The notes under the pieces were generated by a model. That model saw only the letters and a list, made by a program, of their open reading frames with translations. It searched no databases and was not told the origin of the DNA. From Nibricoccus sp. (GTDB lineage Bacteria > Verrucomicrobiota > Verrucomicrobiia > Opitutales > Opitutaceae), in NCBI GenBank assembly GCA_047602425.1, contig JASGHG010000001.1, positions 2,752,001-2,816,000 on the forward strand: 64,000 bases of DNA, read 5' to 3'. Shown here one piece after another: positions 38,503 to 47,402 of the stretch. Numbering within the stretch: the stretch's first letter is position 1; every line of letters starts with the position of its first letter. A program made the translations under genes and the position numbers.

Positions 38503-38576
38503 CGGCGTGGTCCGCGCTGAACCAACGGACCCGTGGCGACGACGGACTGTCGCACTCATCAAGGAAAGATACCACT
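38503..38576 (+). promoter_or_regulatory. Candidate sigma54 -24/-12 element plus CsrA-type leader, flagellin 2
   Basis: GG-N10-GC at 38504-38517; GCGAC-GACGGACT-GTCGC hairpin; AAGGA RBS. Confidence 0.55.
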
Positions 38577-39341
38577 ATGTCAGTCGTCATTAATACCAAC
38601 TACGCCGCCACCGTTGCTTCCAACAACTTGGCGATGTCCAGCGCCAGCCTTCAAAAAAGCCTGAACCGGCTCTCGAGCGGTTCGAAAATCGTCAGTCCGG
38701 CGGATGATGCCGGTGGCTTGGCTGTTTCGATGAAATTGTCTGCCGCTTCCCGCCGTCAAGGCGCGATCGCCAACAACATCAGCAACGCCACGGCTTTCCT
38801 GCAGACGCAGGACGGCGCCCAGAAGGTGGCCAGCAAGGTGCTCGAACGCATGAGCGAACTCGCGACCTTGTACACCGACGTTACGAAATCCTCCAGCGAT
38901 CTCGCTAACTACAGCACGGAGTTCACCGCTTTGAACGCCCAGCTGACCCTCCTCAGCAACGAGCAGTTCAACAGCAAAAACATCTTCGGCACCGCGCTCA
39001 CCGTGGTCGCCAACGATGCTGGTGGCACGATCTCGTTGTCCTCGAAGACGGCAGTGGCCGCTCAGGCAATCGGCAGCGGAGCTGCCATCCAGACCGCGAT
39101 TCAGACTCTGGCTACGGACCGCGCCGCCAACGGTGCGGAACAGAGCCAGCTGAGTTTCGCTGCGGATATGGTGACCACCAACAAGGCCAATATCGAAGCC
39201 GCCAACAGCCGCATCCTCGATGTGGACGTTGCCCAGGAATCGACCCAGCTGGCCCGTTGGAACACCTTGGTCCAGGCTGGCACCTCGATGCTCGCCCAGG
39301 CCAACAGTTCCGCGCAGACCGCGCTGAAACTTCTCCAGTAA
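38577..39341 (+). CDS. fliC: Flagellin 2 (254 aa)
   Basis: Near-identical to flagellin 1; true start is ATG 38577. Confidence 0.97.
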   Translation: MSVVINTNYAATVASNNLAMSSASLQKSLNRLSSGSKIVSPADDAGGLAVSMKLSAASRRQGAIANNISNATAFLQTQDGAQKVASKVLERMSELATLYTDVTKSSSDLANYSTEFTALNAQLTLLSNEQFNSKNIFGTALTVVANDAGGTISLSSKTAVAAQAIGSGAAIQTAIQTLATDRAANGAEQSQLSFAADMVTTNKANIEAANSRILDVDVAQESTQLARWNTLVQAGTSMLAQANSSAQTALKLLQ

Positions 39342-39567
39342 CCCACGGTTCTGATCTTCCTTCCCTCGCCGCCTGACTCAAAAACTCGGGCGGCTCAGGG
39401 AGGATGAATCAGGGGGTGGATTATGGAGTGTCTGGTTTGGTTCCCCTCCGGACGATGCTGTCGCCAAAACTGCATCCGGTCCGTTCTGCAAGCAGGTGTG
39501 TTTTTCTGATTACCACTAGCAGCCAGTAACCCTCGCAGGGTGACAATTTCGGGGCGTTTGCTCCAAA

Positions 39568-39640
39568 CGGCGCGGTCCGCGCTGAATCAACGGACTCGTG
39601 GCGACGACGGACGTCGCACTCATCAAGGAAAGATACCACT
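39568..39640 (+). promoter_or_regulatory. Candidate sigma54 element plus CsrA-type leader, flagellin 3
   Basis: GG-N10-GC at 39569-39582; GCGACG-ACGGA-CGTCGC hairpin. Confidence 0.55.
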
Positions 39641-40405
39641 ATGTCAGTCGTTATTAACACCAACTATGCTGCCACAGTTGCGTCCAATAATCTGGCCGCA
39701 TCCAGCAGCAACCTCCAAAAGAGCCTGAACCGGCTCTCCAGCGGTTCCAAGATCGTCAGTCCGGCGGATGATGCCGGTGGCTTGGCCGTGTCGATGAAGT
39801 TGTCCGCCGCTTCCCGCCGTCAAGGCGCGATCGCCAACAACATCAGCAACGCCACGGCCTTCCTGCAAACGCAGGATGGCGCCCAGAAGGTGGCCAGCAA
39901 GGTACTCGAGCGCATGAGCGAACTCGCCACGCTGTATACCGATGTCACGAAATCCAGTAGTGACCTCGCCAACTACAGCACGGAGTTCACCGCGCTGAAT
40001 GCCCAGCTGACCCTCCTCGGTGCTGAGCAGTTCAACAGCAAGAACATCTTTGGTACCGCGCTGAGCGTCGTCGCCAACGATGCCGGTGGCACGATCGCAT
40101 TGACCTCGAAGACCGCGGTCGCTGCGCAAGTGATCACCAACGGAGCCAACATCCAGACCGCGATTCAGACTCTGGCCACGGACCGCGCCGCCAACGGTGC
40201 GGAACAGAGCCAGCTCAGCTTCGCCGCGGATATGGTGACAACCAACAAGGCCAATATCGAAGCCGCCAACAGCCGCATCCTCGATGTGGACGTTGCCGAG
40301 GAATCGACCCAGTTGGCGCGTTGGAACACCTTGGTTCAGGCCGGCACCTCGATGCTCGCCCAGGCCAACAGCTCCGCGCAGACCGCGTTGAAACTGTTGT
40401 CGTAA
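39641..40405 (+). CDS. fliC: Flagellin 3 (254 aa)
   Basis: Flagellin N- and C-terminal motifs. Confidence 0.97.
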   Translation: MSVVINTNYAATVASNNLAASSSNLQKSLNRLSSGSKIVSPADDAGGLAVSMKLSAASRRQGAIANNISNATAFLQTQDGAQKVASKVLERMSELATLYTDVTKSSSDLANYSTEFTALNAQLTLLGAEQFNSKNIFGTALSVVANDAGGTIALTSKTAVAAQVITNGANIQTAIQTLATDRAANGAEQSQLSFAADMVTTNKANIEAANSRILDVDVAEESTQLARWNTLVQAGTSMLAQANSSAQTALKLLS

Positions 40406-40627
40406 ACGCAGCCCTGATCTTCCTTTCCTGGCCGCCTGGCTCGCCGAGCCGGGCGGCTGGGGGAGGCGGATAATACAACGGGGAATTATTGGACTGTCAG
40501 GTGCGACCCACCCGGACAGTGTTTTGTCAAAATTGTATTCTTACCGATTCGAAAGACGGTTCCTTCCGTATTGCCGATAGCAACTGGTAATGCCGGTGGG
40601 TTGATACTTTTGAGCCTACGCTCCGAA

Positions 40628-40701
40628 CGGCGCGGTCCGCGCTGAATCAACGGACTCGTGGCGACGACGGACTGTCGCACTCATCAAGGAAAGATACCAC
40701 T
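40628..40701 (+). promoter_or_regulatory. Candidate sigma54 element plus CsrA-type leader, flagellin 4
   Basis: GG-N10-GC at 40629-40642; same ACGGA hairpin. Confidence 0.55.
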
Positions 40702-41466
40702 ATGTCAGTCGTTATTAATACAAACTATGCTGCCACGGTTGCGTCCAATAATCTGGCCGCATCGAGCAGCAACCTGCAGAAGAGCCTGAATCGGCTCTCG
40801 AGCGGCTCTAAGATCGTCAGTCCGGCGGATGACGCCGGTGGCTTGGCTGTGTCGATGAAGTTGTCTGCCGCGTCCAAACGCCAAGGCGCGATTGCCAACA
40901 ACATCAGCAACGCCACGGCCTTCCTGCAAACACAGGATGGCGCCCAGAAGGTGGCCAGCAAGGTACTCGAGCGCATGAGCGAACTCGCCACGCTGTATAC
41001 CGATGTCACGAAATCCAGTAGTGACCTCGCCAACTACAGCACGGAGTTCACCGCGCTGAATGCCCAGCTGACCCTGCTCAGCAACGAGCAGTTCAACAGC
41101 AAGAACATCTTTGGTACCGCGCTCAGCGTGGTCGCCAACGATGCCGGTGGCACGATCTCGTTAACCTCGAAGACCGCTGTTGCCGCTCAGGCGATCGGCA
41201 GCGGAGCTGCCATCCAGACCGCGATTCAGTCATTGGCTACGGACCGCGCCGCCAACGGTGCGGAACAGAGCCAGCTGAGCTTCGCTGCGGATATGGTGAC
41301 AACCAACAAGGCTAATATCGAAGCCGCCAACAGCCGCATCCTCGATGTGGACGTTGCCGAGGAATCGACCCAGCTCGCACGTTGGAACACCTTGGTCCAG
41401 GCCGGCACCTCCATGCTCGCCCAGGCCAATGGTTCGGCCCAGATCGCGTTGAAACTACTGCAGTAA
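40702..41466 (+). CDS. fliC: Flagellin 4 (254 aa)
   Basis: Flagellin N- and C-terminal motifs. Confidence 0.97.
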   Translation: MSVVINTNYAATVASNNLAASSSNLQKSLNRLSSGSKIVSPADDAGGLAVSMKLSAASKRQGAIANNISNATAFLQTQDGAQKVASKVLERMSELATLYTDVTKSSSDLANYSTEFTALNAQLTLLSNEQFNSKNIFGTALSVVANDAGGTISLTSKTAVAAQAIGSGAAIQTAIQSLATDRAANGAEQSQLSFAADMVTTNKANIEAANSRILDVDVAEESTQLARWNTLVQAGTSMLAQANGSAQIALKLLQ

Positions 41467-41502
41467 AATATAAAAAACATAAAAGTCTGATAAGGTTTCC
41501 CA

Positions 41503-41543
41503 AGAGCCTCCGCGTGTTCACCGCGCGGAGGCTCTCTTTTTTT
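41503..41543 (+). terminator. Intrinsic terminator after the flagellin array
   Basis: AGAGCCTCCGCG...CGCGGAGGCTCT-C-TTTTTTT. Confidence 0.88.
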
Positions 41544-41597
41544 GAAGATTGCGACATGCGCATTTACGCGTGGAATGGCGGCGCAAAACGCAGCCAC

Positions 41598-43580
41598 GTG
41601 CCATCGATTCCCCCACAACTGGAAAAAGCCCTCCGCCTCCACCGCTCCGGCCAGCTGGTCGAAGCCGCTCTGCTATACCGTGAATTTCTTCGCAAATCGC
41701 CAAACCATCCCGATGCGCTAAACTTGCTCGGCTTGGTGCGTCAGCAAACGGGTGAACACGTCCTGGCGGTGGAGTCTTTTACCAAGGCCTCGGCGGTCGC
41801 ACCGAAAAACGCCGGCATTCTGCTCAATCGCGGCCTTTCGCTGCGCGCGCTTGGCCGGACAGACGAGGCTCTGGCCGATTTCAACCAGGCCGTCGGGCTC
41901 GATCCGTCGCAGGCCGAGGCGCACCACCAGCTGGGCAACCTTTTTAAAAGCCTCAACCGCTACACAGAGGCAACCGCAAGCTTGCGCCGTGCCTCTGAGC
42001 TCGCTCCAAAAAACGCCGCGATCTGGCTCAATTTGGGTGTGGCTTTGCTGACGCAGTCTGGGCGGGACGAGGCCATCGCCTGTTTTCAAAAAGCCATCGC
42101 GCTCGAACCCGGCCGGGCGGAAGCGCACAATATCCTCGGCAGCGCGCTGCTCGATGCGGGGCGCTCCAGCGAAGCCCGCGTGCAACTGGAGAAGGCTCTC
42201 CAACTCAAACCCGCGTATTCAGCGCCCCACGACAATTTGGGCCGGCTTTTTCGAGCCCAAGGCCGGGCCGTCGAAGCGCTTGCCGAATTCCGGAAGGCGC
42301 TGGCGGGGCAGGCGAACGCCGGCACGCACAGCAATCTGGTGTACGCGCTCAATTTCGTTCCGGACCTGCCGGCGGCCGAGATTTTTGCCGAGCACAAACG
42401 ATGGGCGGAGATTTATGCCGAACCATTAAAATCGAAACAAATTCCGCTGGAGAATGACTTCGAACCGGCCCGCCGTCTGCGCATCGGTTATGTCTCCCCG
42501 GACTTTATCCATCACGCCGTTTCTTACTTCATCGAGCCCGTTTTGACCGCGCACAATCGGGCGCAGGTCGAGATTTTCTGCTACTCCAATGTCGCCGGGC
42601 CGGACCAGGTGACCCAACGCCTGCGCGCGCTGAGCGACCACTGGCGCGACATCGCGCCGCTCGGCGACGAGCAGGTGGCCGAACTGATTCGCAGCGACAA
42701 AATCGATATCCTGGTCGACCTCGCGGGCCACACGGCGCGCAACCGCCTGCTCGTTTTCGCGCGCAAGCCCGCCCCGGTGCAAGTCACCTGGATCGGATAT
42801 CCCAATACAACGGGGCTCGACGCGGTCGACTGGCGCCTGACCGACGCCATCAGCGATCCGCCGGGAGAAACCGAACCATTTTACAGCGAAAAGCTCGTCC
42901 GCTTGCCCGGCCCATTTTCGGTTTACCGGCCCTCCGACGACGCTCCGCCGGTCGCGCCGCCGCCAGCGCTGAAAAACGGCTGCGCCACTTTTGGCAGCTT
43001 CAATCACTTCGCTAAAATTTCGCCGCAGGTTCTGGCGTTGTGGGCGCGGCTATTGGCACGTTTGCCTGGAACCAGGCTTTTCATGAAAGCGCGGGGCTTG
43101 GCCGATCCCGAGACGGCCGGTCGCGTTCGCGAAACTTTCGCCAGCCAGGGAGTATCGCCCGATCGGCTGGAATTGCGGAGCGACGAACTTTCCGTGGTTG
43201 ACCACCTCAACCTTTATCACGGCGTGGATATCGCGCTCGATACTTTTCCCTACAACGGCACGACCACGACCTGCGAAGCGCTCTGGATGGGCGTGCCCGT
43301 TGTAGCGCTGGCCGGCCAAACGCACGTGGCACGCGTCAGCGCCAGCCTGCTCACGCATTTGGGGCGTTCGGAATGGATCGGTCATTCCGAGGACGATTAC
43401 CTCGAAAAATGTATCCAACTCGGCTCGGATCCATTGCATCTAGCCGAAATCCGGACTGGCCAGCGCGAACGCATGCGTTGCAGTCCGATCTGTGACGCGG
43501 TGCGTTTCACTGCTCAATTGGAAGACACGTACCGTGAACTCTGGCGGCGCTGTTGTGACGAGAAGCGGGCTGAGTGTTAG
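41598..43580 (+). CDS. TPR + GT41 (SPINDLY/OGT-like) protein glycosyltransferase
   Basis: About 8 TPRs; IGYVSPDF..HAV, DLAGHT, GYP.TTG, FGSFN..AKI, DTFPYNGTTT.CEALWMGVP; start uncertain (GTG 41598 or ATG 41556). Confidence 0.9.
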   Translation: MPSIPPQLEKALRLHRSGQLVEAALLYREFLRKSPNHPDALNLLGLVRQQTGEHVLAVESFTKASAVAPKNAGILLNRGLSLRALGRTDEALADFNQAVGLDPSQAEAHHQLGNLFKSLNRYTEATASLRRASELAPKNAAIWLNLGVALLTQSGRDEAIACFQKAIALEPGRAEAHNILGSALLDAGRSSEARVQLEKALQLKPAYSAPHDNLGRLFRAQGRAVEALAEFRKALAGQANAGTHSNLVYALNFVPDLPAAEIFAEHKRWAEIYAEPLKSKQIPLENDFEPARRLRIGYVSPDFIHHAVSYFIEPVLTAHNRAQVEIFCYSNVAGPDQVTQRLRALSDHWRDIAPLGDEQVAELIRSDKIDILVDLAGHTARNRLLVFARKPAPVQVTWIGYPNTTGLDAVDWRLTDAISDPPGETEPFYSEKLVRLPGPFSVYRPSDDAPPVAPPPALKNGCATFGSFNHFAKISPQVLALWARLLARLPGTRLFMKARGLADPETAGRVRETFASQGVSPDRLELRSDELSVVDHLNLYHGVDIALDTFPYNGTTTTCEALWMGVPVVALAGQTHVARVSASLLTHLGRSEWIGHSEDDYLEKCIQLGSDPLHLAEIRTGQRERMRCSPICDAVRFTAQLEDTYRELWRRCCDEKRAEC

Positions 43581-43843
43581 GCTAAGCAATAGCGGCAAAT
43601 CTTGCCGCCAAGTCGCACGCAGTGAATTTCCTCATTTGGCTTCGTCGGCGAGGACGGATAATTGAAGACTCGGGACTTTCTGAGCTCGAAATGCAATTGA
43701 GCTGCGAGGGCAGGTTGCTGTGCGGCAATTTTTTCCGCTAGTGGTTGCTTCACAAGTTACGCACGCTGTTATTCGACAAACGGAATAAATTAATTTGGCG
43801 TAACTTGCTGACAAACAAATAGGTAAAACACCCTAGATCTCCT

Positions 43844-43859
43844 TGGCTTAGGATTTGCA
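43844..43859 (+). promoter_or_regulatory. sigma54 -24/-12 promoter of the sugar operon
   Basis: TGGC-TTAGGAT-TTGCA; AT-rich upstream DNA and two 17-bp palindromes at 43592 and 43722. Confidence 0.7.
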
Positions 43860-43874
43860 TGTGGGGCACTGACA

Positions 43875-44825
43875 ATGAAAAATGCATCATCCCCTACTGT
43901 TTTGATTACTGGAGTAGCTGGTTACTTGGGCTCGGTGGTCGCCGAACATTTTTTGAATGCGGGGCACCGCGTTATCGGCATTGATAACCTGAGTTTTGGT
44001 TCGGCTCCGCTCAACCATTTATGTTCTCGCCCTGAATTTGAGTTTATCCGTGAGGACGCCCGCAACGAGGCTGCCATGGCCGCGTTGGTCAAAAAATCCG
44101 ACGTGATCATCCCTCTGGCGGCGGTCGTCGGCATGCCGGCGTGTCTGCGCGATCCATGGCTGGCTCAATCGGTTAATCTTGAGGCGATCCGGATGCTCAA
44201 TCGGGTTCGTTCGCCCAACCAACTTGTCATTTATCCCAATACCAACAGCGGCTACGGCATAAAATCCGGTTCGAGCTTTTGCACGGAAGAGACGCCGTTG
44301 GATCCGATTTCTTTGTATGGGCAGACGAAATGTCAGGCTGAACTCGAACTACTTAATTCCGCCAATACGATCACGCTTCGCCTCGCCACGGTGTTTGGCA
44401 TGTCGCCGCGCATGCGACTCGATTTGTTGGTCAACCATTTCGTCTACACCGCGATTACGGATGGCTACCTCGTGATTTTTGAAAAGGATTTCAAACGCAA
44501 TTTCGTGCACGTCCGTGATGTCGCCGATTGCATGCTTCACTGTGTTGCCAACTCCGGAAAAATGGTGGGCAAGCCTTACAATGTCGGCCTGGACAGTGCC
44601 AATCTCTCCAAGGCGGAACTCGCCATGAAGGTGAAGGAGTTTGTCCCAAATTTCTATATTCACTTCTCCGAGGTGGGAACCGATCCGGACAAACGAAACT
44701 ATATCGTATCCAATCAGCGGTTACGTGAAGCCGGATTCGAAGCCAAGCGGTCGCTGGAAACCGGCATCCCGGAATTGATCAAGGGTTATCGGTTGATCGG
44801 ACGTTCACCTTACAAAAACGTGTGA
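43875..44825 (+). CDS. NAD-dependent epimerase/dehydratase (extended SDR)
   Basis: TGVAGYLG, YGQTK, RLATVFG, RNFVHV.D. Confidence 0.9.
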   Translation: MKNASSPTVLITGVAGYLGSVVAEHFLNAGHRVIGIDNLSFGSAPLNHLCSRPEFEFIREDARNEAAMAALVKKSDVIIPLAAVVGMPACLRDPWLAQSVNLEAIRMLNRVRSPNQLVIYPNTNSGYGIKSGSSFCTEETPLDPISLYGQTKCQAELELLNSANTITLRLATVFGMSPRMRLDLLVNHFVYTAITDGYLVIFEKDFKRNFVHVRDVADCMLHCVANSGKMVGKPYNVGLDSANLSKAELAMKVKEFVPNFYIHFSEVGTDPDKRNYIVSNQRLREAGFEAKRSLETGIPELIKGYRLIGRSPYKNV

Positions 44826-45586
44826 ACCCTGTTTCTTCAGATTCCGTGAATATGCCCGACGTCGCCATCCTTTGCGGTGGTTTGGGCACGCGGTTGCGAT
44901 CGGCTGTGGCGGATCGACCCAAGGCTTTGGCCGAGGTGGCCGGGCGTCCGTTTCTTGCTTGGCTGCTTGATCTGCTCGACTTCCATGGTTTTCAGCGCGT
45001 GGTGCTTTGCACTGGTTATCAGGCGGAGCAAATCGAAGCGGAATTTGGAGCGGTCTATAAAAGGCTGCGCCTGCAATATTCGCGAGAGCCTTCCTTGGTT
45101 GGAACGGGTGGCGCGTTGCGCCACGCCTTGCCGTTGTTTCGCTCATCGAGCGTTTTGGTGGTGAACGGTGATTCGTATTGTCATGCGGACCTCGCGGGCT
45201 TTTGGCGTGGCCATAACGTGGCGCATGCCGTTGCCAGCATGGTTCTGACGCACGTGCAGGACTCCAGTCGTTTTGGTTCGGTTCAATTGAACGACGAGGG
45301 GAATGTCGCTGCCTTTCAGGAAAAAGCAGCCAGTGCAGGACCGGGCTGGATCAATGCAGGAATATATGTCGTCAGCCGCGCACTATTGCAGGCGATTCCC
45401 GAGAACGTGGTTTGCTCTCTGGAACGGGAAATCTTTCCCGCATGGATCAAGCTTGGCCTTCGCGGGGTGAAAACCGAGGGTGCGTTCATCGACATTGGTA
45501 CACCCGAATCATACGCCAGCGCCAACCATTTCTTTGGCGAACTGGCTGCTGAACAACTTCAATCAATCAAAACATCGGTCGAATAA
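44822..45586 (+). CDS. Sugar-1-phosphate nucleotidyltransferase, HddC-like
   Basis: LCGGLGTRL....PKAL, GTGGA, NGDS, INAGIY, FIDIGTPE. Confidence 0.85.
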   Translation: MNPVSSDSVNMPDVAILCGGLGTRLRSAVADRPKALAEVAGRPFLAWLLDLLDFHGFQRVVLCTGYQAEQIEAEFGAVYKRLRLQYSREPSLVGTGGALRHALPLFRSSSVLVVNGDSYCHADLAGFWRGHNVAHAVASMVLTHVQDSSRFGSVQLNDEGNVAAFQEKAASAGPGWINAGIYVVSRALLQAIPENVVCSLEREIFPAWIKLGLRGVKTEGAFIDIGTPESYASANHFFGELAAEQLQSIKTSVE

Positions 45587-45601
45587 CCCCGGAGAAGCGT
45601 C

Positions 45602-46711
45602 ATGATCATTACCCGTACCCCCTATCGTATTTCATTTTTCGGCGGCGGCACCGACTATCCCGGCTGGTATCGCCAGCACGGCGGAGCGGTGCTGTCTACG
45701 TCGATCGACAAGTATTGTTATATAACCTGCCGGTATCTGCCGCCGTTCTTCGATTACCGTTATCGCGTTGTCTATTCAAAGATCGAAAATGTATCGCGAA
45801 TTGACGATGTCATACATCCGGCCGTTCGTGAAGGGCTGCGTTTTATGAATCAGGAGCGCGGCCTTGAGATCCATCACGACGGAGACTTGCCGGCCCGTAG
45901 TGGCATGGGCTCTAGTTCGTCATTCATGGTCGGCCTTTTGCATACTCTGCACGCACTGAACGGGGCGATGCCGAGCAAGAAGCAGCTGGCCCTTGAAAGC
46001 ATCGATATCGAGCAGAACATGATTAAGGAGAACGTTGGGTCGCAGGACCAGGTTGCGGCTGCTTATGGCGGTTTTAACCACATTGTTTTCCACGAGAGCG
46101 GGGAGATTACAGTGCGTCCCGTGACGCTGGCGCCCGAGCGTTTCACAGAATTGAACAACCATCTGATGTTGTTCTACACGGGGATCAAGCGGACGGCTTC
46201 GGACGTGGCTGCGAGTTATATCAACAATTTGGACGATAAGAAGCGGCAGTTGCGAATCATGAAGGATCTGGTGGATGAAAGCATCAAGGTCTTGTTGAAT
46301 CGGCATCCCATCGCGGATTTCGGAGCTCTGCTTAACGAAGCTTGGTCGGTAAAGCGTAGTTATAGTTCGTCTGTCTCGAATTCCGAGGTGGAGACGGTTT
46401 ACGCCAAGGCCCAGGCAGCAGGTGCGCTCGGCGGCAAGTTGCTCGGTGCTGGTGGCGGAGGTTTTATGTTGTTGTTTGTGCCTCCGGAAAAACAAGCCGA
46501 TGTCGCCAATGTCCTCAACGGCCTGATCCGCGTGCCGTTCACGTTTGAACATTCGGGTTCGCAAATCATCTTTTTCGAGCCGGAAAAAAATCACGACAAC
46601 ATCGAGGCTCAAAGAATCGGCAAAGTGCTGCAGCCTTTCCATGAACTCGGCGACGCTATCACGCCGTTCGATCCTTCTCCGTCGTTTCCCTCCGCCTTTG
46701 CGGCATCCTAA
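45602..46711 (+). CDS. GHMP sugar kinase, HddA-like
   Basis: RTPYRISFFGGGTD, PARSGMGSSS, GSQDQ, GKLLGAGGGGF. Confidence 0.9.
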   Translation: MIITRTPYRISFFGGGTDYPGWYRQHGGAVLSTSIDKYCYITCRYLPPFFDYRYRVVYSKIENVSRIDDVIHPAVREGLRFMNQERGLEIHHDGDLPARSGMGSSSSFMVGLLHTLHALNGAMPSKKQLALESIDIEQNMIKENVGSQDQVAAAYGGFNHIVFHESGEITVRPVTLAPERFTELNNHLMLFYTGIKRTASDVAASYINNLDDKKRQLRIMKDLVDESIKVLLNRHPIADFGALLNEAWSVKRSYSSSVSNSEVETVYAKAQAAGALGGKLLGAGGGGFMLLFVPPEKQADVANVLNGLIRVPFTFEHSGSQIIFFEPEKNHDNIEAQRIGKVLQPFHELGDAITPFDPSPSFPSAFAAS

Positions 46712-46781
46712 CGCCCCCCCCGACGAATTGCCTTAATCCTCAAGCGGCCCTCAGCCGCCTGAAAAATATTTCTACCGCCCC

Positions 46782-47396
46782 ATGCCGATCACGACGCTCA
46801 CAGCCCAAGATTTAGTCCGTTTCGAAGAGGATATCGCCGCGGAATTCAACGCCGGGAAGATTCGCGCCCCTGTCCACCTCTACTCCGGTTGTGAGGAGCA
46901 GATGCTCCAGATCTTCGATAAAGTGCAGTCTGATGATTGGGTCATGTGCTCTTGGCGGAGCCATTATCAATGTCTTCTCAAGGGCGTGCCGCCCGCGGAA
47001 GTTAAAGCCGAAATCATGGCTGGTCGCTCGATCACGCTTTGTTTTGCGGCGCAGCGCATCTTTTCTTCGGCCATTGTCACGGGCATTTTGCCGATTGCTG
47101 TTGGTATTGCCCTTGGGATCAAACGTCGTGGCGGCTCGGAAAAAGTCTGGTGTTTTCTCGGCGAGATGACGGGCGAAACCGGCGCGGCTTACGAATGTAT
47201 CAAGTACGCCACCAACTTCGATCTGCCGATTCACTTTGTCGTCGAGGACAACGGTAAATCCGTCTGCACCGATACGCGCCAGACGTGGAATCAGCCAGTG
47301 CTCACTTGGGAGGGCAAGCCGCACCCGAAGATAACCTATTACAAGTACCAAACCAAATACCCGCATGCCGGTGCCGGCAAACGTGTGCAGTTTTGA
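46782..47396 (+). CDS. Minimal TPP-dependent enzyme, E1-alpha-like subunit
   Basis: HLYSG.E, WRSH, SAIV.G, GEM...EDN (TPP-binding motif variant); only 204 aa. Confidence 0.8.
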   Translation: MPITTLTAQDLVRFEEDIAAEFNAGKIRAPVHLYSGCEEQMLQIFDKVQSDDWVMCSWRSHYQCLLKGVPPAEVKAEIMAGRSITLCFAAQRIFSSAIVTGILPIAVGIALGIKRRGGSEKVWCFLGEMTGETGAAYECIKYATNFDLPIHFVVEDNGKSVCTDTRQTWNQPVLTWEGKPHPKITYYKYQTKYPHAGAGKRVQF

Positions 47397-47402
47397 TTTC
47401 CC

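Larger units (their letters stand above)
37513..41466 (+). repeat. Tandem array of four flagellin units
   Basis: ATGs at 37513, 38577, 39641 and 40702 (periods 1064, 1064, 1061). Confidence 0.95.

Noticed and set aside
38490..38576. 29-aa N-terminal extension of flagellin 2
   Set aside because: It is the promoter/leader region; the RBS and paralogs fix the start at 38577
40551..40580. sigma28 promoter using GCCGATAG before flagellin 4
   Set aside because: No TAAA-like -35 box at 15-nt spacing, and the -10 box is not conserved in the homologous spacers
40520..40600. c-di-GMP riboswitch in the flagellin spacer (ATTCGAAAGA)
   Set aside because: Only a GAAA loop matches; the GGCAAA/GACGCAAAG context is absent and copies 2 and 3 do not share it. 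An Rfam scan would settle it
37441..41466. Regularly spaced repeats as a CRISPR array or diversity-generating retroelement
   Set aside because: The units are whole flagellin genes; there are no cas or reverse transcriptase genes and no adenine-specific variation
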